A stretch of 64,000 bases of DNA from a virus. Taxonomy: Duplodnaviria > Caudoviricetes. The stretch is taken from positions 5,619 to 69,618 of the IMG/VR virus record IMGVR_UViG_3300025580_000039; one strand, given 5' to 3'. Below the pieces are notes generated by a model. It was not told the DNA's origin, ran no database searches, and saw nothing but the letters and a program-made list of their open reading frames with translations. Of the stretch, positions 37,966 through 46,110 are shown one piece after another. Positions within the stretch are counted from its first letter, which is position 1, and every line of letters begins with the position of its first letter. The position numbers and the translations under genes were made by a program.

Positions 37966-37997
37966 AGGCTACCGCGGCGAAGAGCGGAACTTTAGAA
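37966..37997 (-). promoter_or_regulatory. Bipartite promoter motif, copy 3: TTCTAAAGTTCCG-N11-GGTAGCCT (predicts leaderless mRNA)
   Basis: Exactly 6 nt lie between TAGCCT and ATG 37959; no SD. Confidence 0.78.
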
Positions 37998-37999
37998 GG

Positions 38000-40693
38000 C
38001 TACTTGCCGCCCGGCTTGATCTGGGGGCTTCCCCCGCGGGTCGCCCGGATGGCGGTGGAGGGACGGGCGGCCGCCCTGGAGATCAAGACGGTGGGGGCGA
38101 TGGACGGCCGCACCGCCGGGGTACGGGCCGGGCCCGTGAAGACGATGGCGGCCGAGTCGGTGAACTCGATCGAGTCCCCTTGGGTCCGGTCGTACCAGAC
38201 CTCCCTGGCGAGCACGTCCAGGGCGGCGACCAGGTCGGCAATGGTCCGGTCGTACACGAAACCGGAGGCCGCCGAGTCGGTCAGGTCGATCGTGTCGGAA
38301 GCGGTACGATCCTGGGTGAAGTCGACGACGAGTGAGTCGGCCAGGGTGACGGCATCGGCAGCGAAGCGGGCGTAGTCGGTCTCACGGGAGGTCGTGTCGG
38401 ACGCGACAACCGTGTCGGATGCGGTCCGCCCGAACGCTGCGGTCTGCTCGCGGGCGTCCGCCACATCGACGGCGTCGACGACGGTCCGGCCGAATTCCGA
38501 TGCCGATGCAGCCGAGTCGGCCGCCGTGATGGTGTCGGCGAACTCGTAGGTGAAGACGCCGGACGCCTCCACCACGACCGTGTCGGCCAGGGCGACGGCA
38601 TCGGTCGCACCCCGCACGTAGCTGACTTCCCGTGCGCCCGTATCGGACGTGACGACCGTGTCGGACGCGGTCCGCCCGTACGTGAAATCGACGACAGCCG
38701 CATCCGAGAGGCTGATGGTGTCGGCCTGAGTCCGCTCGTACGCGAGGGCAGTGGCGACGGAATCGAGCGCCGAGACGGTGTCGGACCTGGACCGTTCGTA
38801 CTCGACCACCCGGCTGAGCGCGTCCGCCAGCGTGCTCGTATCGGACGCGTCCCGCCCAAACACGGCGGTCAGGGCGGCTTCGTCATCGAGGTCGATGGTG
38901 TCGACGACGGTCCGGTCGGACGTCTGCACCTGGGCGAGCGCGTCAGCCAGGGTGGCGGAATCGACTTCGGACCGGCTGTAGTCCGCTTCTCTGACGTGCC
39001 CGTCCGTGACGGCGATCGTGTCCGAGTGGGTCTGCTCGATTAGACCGCCGCCGCTCAATTCCGCGTCGGCCGAGTCGGTCAGGTCGATCGTGTCGGTCGC
39101 GGTCCTGGCGTACTCGCTGGCTGGTGCGGCCGCGTCGGAGGTCGACACGGCGTCCCCGACGGCCCGCGAGTAGCTCGACTCCCCCGTGGACGTGTCGGAC
39201 ACGTCGATCGCGTCCGCGGCAGCAAGAAGCAGCTCCCGCTCCGAGCGCACCGAGTCGGAGGTGCTGAGCGAGTCGGAGGCAGACCGATCGGCCGTGAACT
39301 CCTTGGCCGTCGTGTCGGAGGTGCTGAACGAGTCGGAGGCGGACCGGTCGAGCGTGAGGTCGCGGGCGGCCGAGTCGGAAGTGCTGACCGCGTCGGAGGA
39401 GGCGCGGTCGTAGCTGGCGGCATGCGCGACCGAGTCGGCAACGTCGATGGTGTCGGCGAAGGTCCGCTCGACGTACCCGGACGTTTCGAGTTCGACCGAG
39501 TCGGCCAGCGTGATGGAGTCGGAAGCCGTCCGGCTGGCGTCATGGGCCTGAGCGGTCGTGTCCGACGTCGAAACCGAGTCGGTGACGCTCCGCTCGAACT
39601 CCATCGTTCCGGTCGAAGAGTCCGAAGTGTCGATCGAGTCGGAGCCATCCCGGGCCAACTCGCGGGCGGTAACGACCGAGTCGGACGTGTCGATCGAGTC
39701 GGACGCGGACCGCGCCGAGTCCTGAACGACCGCGCCCGTGTCGGCCAGGCTGACGGAATCGGACGCGGACCGCGCCGAGTCCTGAACGACCGCGCCCGTG
39801 TCGGATGTGTCGATCGAGTCGGATGCCGAGCGGTCGGCTGTGAACTCCCGGGATGATGTGTCCGAAGTGCTGACCGAATCGGACGCGGACCGGTCAGCCG
39901 TCCACTCCCTGGAGGCCGTGTCGGCCAGGCTGACGGAGTCGGACGCGGACCGGTCAGCCGTCCACTCCCTGGAGGCCGTGTCGGCCAGGCTGACGGAGTC
40001 GGACGCGGCTCGCTCGAATGTCAGCTCGGTCGCAGCCGTGTCGGTCGTGGCGCCGATCGTGTCGTCGTTGAACCGGTTGTAATCGGTCGCGCCCGCCACC
40101 GAATCGGATGTGTCGATCGCATCGGCGCCCGCCCGGTCCTGCTCGGAGACGGTCGTGAGCGCATCCGCCAGCGTGACGGTATCGGCCCGGGTCGGCTCGT
40201 AGGTCGCCTCTCTCGTGTGCGAATCGGCGACGTCGATCGCGTCCGAGTAGGTCTGGTCGTAGACGGTCCCCCCGGTCGTGAACTCCTGGTCGTGGGTGTC
40301 GGCCGCCTCGATCGAGTCGGACCCGCTGCGGGCGTAGTCGGCTTCGGTGGTGCGGGCGTCCGTGACCTCGAACGAGTCGGAGGCGTCTCGCCCGTACGTC
40401 AGGTCTTGGACGTGCGCATCCCCGAGGGCAATGAGATCGCGGTTGGACCAGACCTGATAGGTCGTCTCGTTGGTGAGGGCGATGGTGTCCGAGTAGGTCT
40501 GGTCGTAGACCTGCCCGCCCTGCGAGCCCCACAGGTACTTCTGGTCGGCCGTGCCGGTTGAGGGTGCGCCCTCCTGCGAGGTGAAGCCGTCGGCCCGGCC
40601 GCGCGTCCAGATCGATGCGTCCCTACCGGCCTGGGCCTTTGCAGGCGCCCAGCCCGTGAACCCCCCGATACGGCCGTTACGAAGGAACGCCAC
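38000..40693 (-). CDS. Ser/Thr/Asp-rich 20-aa-repeat fibre-like protein, 897 aa
   Basis: Most of the protein is the unit R.ASDS(V/I).(T/L)(S/A)D; basic Pro/Arg C-terminal tail. Confidence 0.85.
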   Translation of the reverse strand: MAFLRNGRIGGFTGWAPAKAQAGRDASIWTRGRADGFTSQEGAPSTGTADQKYLWGSQGGQVYDQTYSDTIALTNETTYQVWSNRDLIALGDAHVQDLTYGRDASDSFEVTDARTTEADYARSGSDSIEAADTHDQEFTTGGTVYDQTYSDAIDVADSHTREATYEPTRADTVTLADALTTVSEQDRAGADAIDTSDSVAGATDYNRFNDDTIGATTDTAATELTFERAASDSVSLADTASREWTADRSASDSVSLADTASREWTADRSASDSVSTSDTSSREFTADRSASDSIDTSDTGAVVQDSARSASDSVSLADTGAVVQDSARSASDSIDTSDSVVTARELARDGSDSIDTSDSSTGTMEFERSVTDSVSTSDTTAQAHDASRTASDSITLADSVELETSGYVERTFADTIDVADSVAHAASYDRASSDAVSTSDSAARDLTLDRSASDSFSTSDTTAKEFTADRSASDSLSTSDSVRSERELLLAAADAIDVSDTSTGESSYSRAVGDAVSTSDAAAPASEYARTATDTIDLTDSADAELSGGGLIEQTHSDTIAVTDGHVREADYSRSEVDSATLADALAQVQTSDRTVVDTIDLDDEAALTAVFGRDASDTSTLADALSRVVEYERSRSDTVSALDSVATALAYERTQADTISLSDAAVVDFTYGRTASDTVVTSDTGAREVSYVRGATDAVALADTVVVEASGVFTYEFADTITAADSAASASEFGRTVVDAVDVADAREQTAAFGRTASDTVVASDTTSRETDYARFAADAVTLADSLVVDFTQDRTASDTIDLTDSAASGFVYDRTIADLVAALDVLAREVWYDRTQGDSIEFTDSAAIVFTGPARTPAVRPSIAPTVLISRAAARPSTAIRATRGGSPQIKPGGK
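39700..40008. repeat. Near-exact 60-bp coding tandem repeats
   Basis: Period 60 at 39879-40008 (DRSASDSVSLADTASREWTA) and about 39700-39800 (ARSASDS...DTGAVVQDS). Confidence 0.9.
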
Positions 40694-40696
40694 CCG

Positions 40697-41809
40697 TCAG
40701 CTCCAGACGAACCCCAGGTTACCGATGAAGCCGCCCGTGTTGTTCGTGGATGTGAACAGCAGCATCGACAGACACGCGGTGTCGTAGACGATGGGGTGGC
40801 CTTCGATCTGCTGGATGGCATCCACAGGGTGCCAGCGACCGGACGTGCTGTGCTGGATGAGGTAGCCGAGCGGGCGGACCAACGCGACGCAGAACGTCCC
40901 CGTCGGCGCCGCCGAGAACGTGTAGGTCTGGACGCTGCGGACCCCGCTGTCACCGGATGCGAGCGGCAGGAACGGGGGACCCCACAGGACCGAAGCGCCC
41001 GAGTCCGCGGGTGCGATGATGCGGGCGCCGAGCGTGTAGGACCCTTGCGTGGCGCTCACGATGATGGCGACCGTCCTGGTCGTCGGCATCGCGGCTGAAC
41101 CGTTGCCGTCTTGATCGGTGTAGGTCAGCTCCGAGATGTTGGCGGCGGTCGCGTTGGTGGTGGTCTCGACCTCCACCATCGCCTTGAGCCCGCCCTCACC
41201 TGCTCCGATGTACCGCTGGGCCGCCACCCCGTTCGTCATGGACTGCTGGGCCGCGTTGAAGTTGCACGCCTCGTAGGTGAGGACGCGGTCGTACAGCATG
41301 ACGTCGCAGGGCGAGAACCCCGAGTCGAGCATCTGCGAGTAGAAGAGGTATCGGGTGTCTGGATCGACGTTTCCGCCTAGCGCGAACGCGCCAGTGGTGG
41401 ACCCGTTCTTCTGGACGGCAACCCGCGCCGATCCACCGAACGCGCCCCCTTCCGACACGCCCCCCACGGTCCAGAGGTCGTACCAGTTGAGCGCGACCCC
41501 ACCCGTCGACATCCGCTTGCTGACCCAGACCTCGCGCTTCTGCCCAGACGACGCAGCCGCGATGGCATCGTCGTAGCTGCCGATGGCGCAGCGGTAGCCG
41601 GCGCGGGGCTTGGCGATGAGGACGTCGGGTCGATCGACAAACCCCTGCGCAATCCCGATCGCTCGGCCCCCGAAGATGACGGGCAGGGGGACGTCAACAC
41701 CGCGTGCCATGCGGGCGGCCCGCAAGAGGGCCCGGTCCTCGTCGAGGGGGCCCAGCCGCGTCTTCGACCGGGTGTGGATGGCGGGACCGCGATCAACCCC
41801 AAGCTGCAT
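40697..41809 (-). CDS. Appendage paralog H3 (370 aa; start probably 41809)
   Basis: Family motifs GPLDEDRA, WYDLW, GGNV..DT, LYDRVLTYEAC.FNA, YTD.DGN...MPT, PLA.GD.GVR, IYD.AC.S. Confidence 0.8.
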   Translation of the reverse strand: MQLGVDRGPAIHTRSKTRLGPLDEDRALLRAARMARGVDVPLPVIFGGRAIGIAQGFVDRPDVLIAKPRAGYRCAIGSYDDAIAAASSGQKREVWVSKRMSTGGVALNWYDLWTVGGVSEGGAFGGSARVAVQKNGSTTGAFALGGNVDPDTRYLFYSQMLDSGFSPCDVMLYDRVLTYEACNFNAAQQSMTNGVAAQRYIGAGEGGLKAMVEVETTTNATAANISELTYTDQDGNGSAAMPTTRTVAIIVSATQGSYTLGARIIAPADSGASVLWGPPFLPLASGDSGVRSVQTYTFSAAPTGTFCVALVRPLGYLIQHSTSGRWHPVDAIQQIEGHPIVYDTACLSMLLFTSTNNTGGFIGNLGFVWS

Positions 41810-42893
41810 CGAAGCCACCCTGGATGTAGAAGTTGTTGTTGTCGGCCGTGTGGGCGAACAGCGACAGGCACGCTCCGTCGTAGATGCGGTTCAGCGAGAC
41901 CATCTGGCGGACGAAGTCGAGGTCGGCCGGAACGCCAGCCGTCTCCAACGGGATGATGGCGGTTGGCCGGCAGCACACGAAGCACATCGTCCCCGTGTTG
42001 GCCGCCGACGTCGTGAAGTCGTTGATGAGACGGACGCCGGTGTCGCCGTTGGCAAGCGGGAGGAACAGGGTGGACCGACCACCACCGCCAGCATCCACGA
42101 TGGAAAGGACACGAGCCCCCAGCGCGGAAGTCGGTGCAGCGGCGTCCTGCTGGATCCCCACCGTCGTGGTGGTCGGCATCGACTGCGTGGCGTTGCCGTC
42201 GTTGTCGGTGTAGCGCATCTGGGTAAGATTGGAGGACGTACCACCCAGGAGCGTCTGGCCCGTCAGGGACACGAGCAGGCCCGGCTCACCCGCCGAGATC
42301 CACCGCTGAGCCGCGACGCTGTTGGTCATCGACTGGTTGACGCTCGCGTTGAACGAACACGCCTCGTAGGTGAGGACGCGGTCGTACAGGACGAGGGCGG
42401 GAGGTCCGCCACCGCTCGGTTGGCTGGCGACCGCCCACGCGTGCGTGAGGTGGCGGGTGTCGGTCGAGACGTTGACGCCGATCGGGATGCCACCGGCGGT
42501 CGCCTGCGAAATCTGGACGGCCGTGTAGGCGGCACCCGCGTACCCGCCGCCCTCCGGGTCGCCCTTGACCGGCCAGAGATCGTACCACAGCGAGCCGCCG
42601 GCCGCCTGCGAGGTCATCGCCTTCGAGAAGACCTGGCTGAGCACCTTGGGCGACGCGGCCGTGATCTCGGCGATGAAGTCGTCGAAGGTGGTAAACGGTG
42701 CCAGGTGGCGGCGCTCCCGCGTGTAGTCGACGCGGTCGCAACACCGGCACCCGTGAACCCAACCGACGTGACGGCCGCCCGAGATGACGGCCAGGGGGGC
42801 GGGGATCCGTCGAGCCGAGCGGGCGGCTCGACGGAGCGCTCGCTCTACACCCCGATCGGAACGGACATCCCGGAGGGTGAGCGCTTCAGCCAT
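41793..42893 (-). CDS. Appendage paralog H2 (366 aa; start 42893/42896, not 43175)
   Basis: Same motif set; TGATG overlap with the H1 stop. Confidence 0.8.
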   Translation of the reverse strand: MAEALTLRDVRSDRGVERALRRAARSARRIPAPLAVISGGRHVGWVHGCRCCDRVDYTRERRHLAPFTTFDDFIAEITAASPKVLSQVFSKAMTSQAAGGSLWYDLWPVKGDPEGGGYAGAAYTAVQISQATAGGIPIGVNVSTDTRHLTHAWAVASQPSGGGPPALVLYDRVLTYEACSFNASVNQSMTNSVAAQRWISAGEPGLLVSLTGQTLLGGTSSNLTQMRYTDNDGNATQSMPTTTTVGIQQDAAAPTSALGARVLSIVDAGGGGRSTLFLPLANGDTGVRLINDFTTSAANTGTMCFVCCRPTAIIPLETAGVPADLDFVRQMVSLNRIYDGACLSLFAHTADNNNFYIQGGFDAAWG

Positions 42894-43984
42894 CATCCCC
42901 ACGATACCTCCATGCCGCCTGATGTGATGCGCCCCGACGTGTCGCCTGGCCGCACGATCGCGCTGATGCAGGCGCCGTCGTAGATGCGGGGCAGGCGATT
43001 GCGCATGAGGATCTCGTCCTCGTTGGTACCGAGCCCGAAGGTCGTGATCGGCACCATCGCGATCGGGTACAGCAGGGTGAACGTCAGGGTCCCCGTGTTG
43101 GCCGCCGACGTCGTGAAGTCGTTGATGAGGCGGACGCCAGTATCGCCGAAGGCGAGCGGCATGAACGGACCCCACGGCAGCGCGGCGCCCGAGTCGGCTG
43201 GCGCGACCACCTGGGCGCCGAGCGTTGTCGAGGGTGCCGACGCGGAGACGATGTGCGAGACCGTCACGGTCGTGGGCATCGACTGCGTCGCGTTGCCCTC
43301 CTGGTCGGTGTAGCGAAGCTGAGTGAAGTCCGACGGGGTCGCCCCGAGCGCCGACTCCACCGTCACCATGATCTTGAGACCGGGCTCACCGGCGGCGATG
43401 TAGCGGAGTGCCGCCACCCCGTTGGTCATCGACTGGTTGACGCTCGCGTTGAACGAGCACGCCTCGTAGGTGAGGACGCGGTCGTAGAAGAGGAGGACGG
43501 CCCTGTCCGAGGACGACCCCCACACCGAAGTCACGTGCTTGGTGTCGGTCGAGACGTTCCCTCCCAGGAACAGGCTGCCCGCCTCGGTGTCGTCGTGCCG
43601 CTTGGCCGTGTAGGCGGTCCCGCCGTACGCCCCCGCACCTGGCAACCCCTGGCAGGGCCAGAGGTCGTACCAGCAGTTGGCCGTGTGGGACGCGGTCGCC
43701 TCCTTGTGCCAGGCGGTCGCCAGCTTCTTGTTCTTGGTGCGCTCGCTGAGGAGGTCGGCGTACGTCGTCCAGCCCAGACGCATCGGGTCACGGCGCCAGT
43801 GGACGTGGGGGGACGGCGCACGCTCGCCCATCACCCACCCGAGCACCCGGCCCCTCCATACCACAGGGAGAGGGACGTCGATGCCGCGGGACGCGTGAAC
43901 GGCACGCTTGAACGCGCGGTCCTCGTCGAGAGGGCCGGCAACGCTCTTGCGGGGGACGTGGATGGCTGGTGCGAGCTGCATCAT
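42893..43984 (-). CDS. Appendage paralog H1, 363 aa
   Basis: Same motif set; ATGA overlap upstream. Confidence 0.8.
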   Translation of the reverse strand: MMQLAPAIHVPRKSVAGPLDEDRAFKRAVHASRGIDVPLPVVWRGRVLGWVMGERAPSPHVHWRRDPMRLGWTTYADLLSERTKNKKLATAWHKEATASHTANCWYDLWPCQGLPGAGAYGGTAYTAKRHDDTEAGSLFLGGNVSTDTKHVTSVWGSSSDRAVLLFYDRVLTYEACSFNASVNQSMTNGVAALRYIAAGEPGLKIMVTVESALGATPSDFTQLRYTDQEGNATQSMPTTVTVSHIVSASAPSTTLGAQVVAPADSGAALPWGPFMPLAFGDTGVRLINDFTTSAANTGTLTFTLLYPIAMVPITTFGLGTNEDEILMRNRLPRIYDGACISAIVRPGDTSGRITSGGMEVSWG

Positions 43985-45174
43985 AGGGTCGTCACGATCT
44001 CCAGCACGAGGTAGCTGGCGCGGTCGTAGATGGTTCCGACGCGATCGACTCCATCGGTCACGTCGATCGTATCGGACGGCGTCCTTGCAGTCTCCAGACC
44101 CGCGGTGGTCGCGTCGGTCAGCTCGACGGTGTCGGCATGGGTCTGGTCAAACGCGCCGGAAGTGAATTCCTGCGTGACCGAGTCGGACAGGTCGATCGTG
44201 TCGGAACCGGTGCGCTCGTAAGAGGCGACCTGCTCGACCGAGTCGGACAGGTCGATGGTGTCGGCGGCCTCTTCCGAATGGTCCGTGCCGGCTGTGGCCG
44301 AGTCGGTGAGGTCGATGGTGTCGGAGGCTTCACGGTCGTACGTCTGGGCGCCCTGCGTGAACTCCTGGTCGTGCGTGTCGGAGAGGGTGAGCGTATCGCT
44401 AGCGGTACGCTCACACGCACACGTCTGAGCAAGCGAGTCCGACGTGGAGACCGTGTCGGAAGCGGTCCGGTCGTAGACCGTTCCCGTCGTCGAGACGGAA
44501 TCGGACGTCGAGACGGTGTCGTCGCCGCCACCCTCCTGGAGGCCGTCCAGCTCCAGGACGATGCAGCCCCACGCGCCCGTCTGCGTAGCGGCAGACGTGA
44601 TCGTCGTGCCCGTGAAGCCCGTGTCGCGGGTCGCACCCTCGCACGCGGTGGTCGGCGACGACTGGCTCGCGTCCTGCCGCTCCGTCCAGCTTGTCGGCGC
44701 CGTGGTCGTCGTGTCGGCCGACCCACAGAAGAAGATGGTCGGGTTGGTCGTGAGGGCCGCTTGGTCGAGCGCGGCTGCCGGCGCCACACCGGTAGCGCCC
44801 TCCGCCTTGCCCGACGACCTCACCGCCGCCGAGCCCGTCTTGGTCATCCTGGAGAACGCCAGAACAACCAACTCGCCGGCCGTGTTGGAGCCGGTCGCCG
44901 CCGTGATGGTGTGCGAGTTGGTGTTGGCGCAGAGCTGGTCGCGAACAAACACGGACATGCGGTCCGCGTTGGCGCCCGTCATGTCGCAGGTCTGGTTCTG
45001 GATGAGCGTGTAGGTGCCGGACTGGTCGTCCGACATGGTCGGCGTGTTGTTCGTGTTGGCCGAAACGACTACACAGACGACGAGAAGGTCGCCGATCGCA
45101 GGAGTGAAGGCGACAGACCGATTACCAGTGGAAGCAGAGCCGCCACCTGCTCCGCTTGCTCGGTAGACGGCCAC
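43981..45174 (-). CDS. Beta-sandwich domain plus Ser/Thr/Asp repeat protein, 397 aa
   Basis: N-half GDLLVVCV...S.WTERQD resembles phage lectin-like/decoration domains; C-half carries the same R.ASDTI..SD repeats as 38000..40693. Confidence 0.8.
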   Translation of the reverse strand: MAVYRASGAGGGSASTGNRSVAFTPAIGDLLVVCVVVSANTNNTPTMSDDQSGTYTLIQNQTCDMTGANADRMSVFVRDQLCANTNSHTITAATGSNTAGELVVLAFSRMTKTGSAAVRSSGKAEGATGVAPAAALDQAALTTNPTIFFCGSADTTTTAPTSWTERQDASQSSPTTACEGATRDTGFTGTTITSAATQTGAWGCIVLELDGLQEGGGDDTVSTSDSVSTTGTVYDRTASDTVSTSDSLAQTCACERTASDTLTLSDTHDQEFTQGAQTYDREASDTIDLTDSATAGTDHSEEAADTIDLSDSVEQVASYERTGSDTIDLSDSVTQEFTSGAFDQTHADTVELTDATTAGLETARTPSDTIDVTDGVDRVGTIYDRASYLVLEIVTTL

Positions 45175-45182
45175 CGGTCACC

Positions 45183-45500
45183 TCAGTTGAGCGTCGGGTT
45201 CTGGCACTCCGGATGGACCCGCTTGGCTGCTTCTTCGATGTAGACGTCGCTCGTGCCGGGCTCGTTGCAGACCCGGCAGACGAACACCATGACGGGCACG
45301 GAGTCGCGCGGGTAGCGGACCTGGCACCGGGGGCAGTGGATGTCGGTCGTGTGGATGGCCTGCCCGCACGCCTCGCAGGGAAGTGCGGGTGCCGGGCTCC
45401 CGCCCTTGCCGCATTGGGGGCACGGGTACAGGGCGTCCTCGACGACGAGGATCTCGGCGGACGCCTGGTCGGAGAGGTTGACGCGGTCTCGACTCATCAT
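45183..45500 (-). CDS. Multi zinc-ribbon protein, 105 aa
   Basis: CPQC, CEAC, CPRC, CRVC plus HPEC. Confidence 0.8.
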   Translation of the reverse strand: MMSRDRVNLSDQASAEILVVEDALYPCPQCGKGGSPAPALPCEACGQAIHTTDIHCPRCQVRYPRDSVPVMVFVCRVCNEPGTSDVYIEEAAKRVHPECQNPTLN

Positions 45501-45522
45501 GACCTCCAGTGAGAACTCCCGA

Positions 45523-46110
45523 TCAGGTCACCCGGCATTTGTACGTGACCTTGAGCTTGTCGGCCGTCGTCTTGTTGACGACCGGTGACAGGACCACGCG
45601 GGCCATCATCGAGCCGCCCGGCGTCGTCTGCATGTCGAGGACGGCCAACTCACCGATGCCCGTCGCCGACAGCGTGCCGCCGCCCGATATCCACGAGTAC
45701 ATCCACCGGAACGTCCGGCCGGCCGACAGCGTGAACGCCGTGCAGGTGTGGATGGTGGACGTGATGGCCGTGATGACGTTCGTCTGGGCCGACCCAGCCG
45801 CCACTGTGTTGCGGCCCAGCCGGAAGTGATCGAACACCCGGCCGGCCGTGATCGAGCCGATGGCGAGGCGGAGGAGCCGCTTCTTCCCCACGTTGACGAC
45901 GAGGTTGGGGTGGACGGTGCGGCGCAGGCACACGATCCCGTTGGGACCGGCGCGGAACAGCTCGACCGTCGCCCAGCCGCGGACCACGTGGATCTTGTCG
46001 TGCAGGCTGGCGGGCGTCATCCGCTTCCACACGCCGACGAGCAGCGCGAGGAACGCGCCCCACACGCGCAGCCAAAGGGCGCGCAACCAATCACGCATCT
46101 TCGTCATCAT
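45523..46110 (-). CDS. Fibre-attachment (tail-collar-fibre/DUF3751-like) protein, about 195 aa (start 46110)
   Basis: NLVVNVGK, F.LG, GIGELAV, MMARVV...VNKT..DKL.VTY pattern; N-terminal Trp-rich hydrophobic stretch; AAGGAG RBS. Confidence 0.6.
   Translation of the reverse strand: MMTKMRDWLRALWLRVWGAFLALLVGVWKRMTPASLHDKIHVVRGWATVELFRAGPNGIVCLRRTVHPNLVVNVGKKRLLRLAIGSITAGRVFDHFRLGRNTVAAGSAQTNVITAITSTIHTCTAFTLSAGRTFRWMYSWISGGGTLSATGIGELAVLDMQTTPGGSMMARVVLSPVVNKTTADKLKVTYKCRVT

Noticed and set aside
39700-40008. 60-bp tandem repeats as a CRISPR array
   Set aside because: The repeats are in-frame coding units with no unique spacers, and there are no cas genes.
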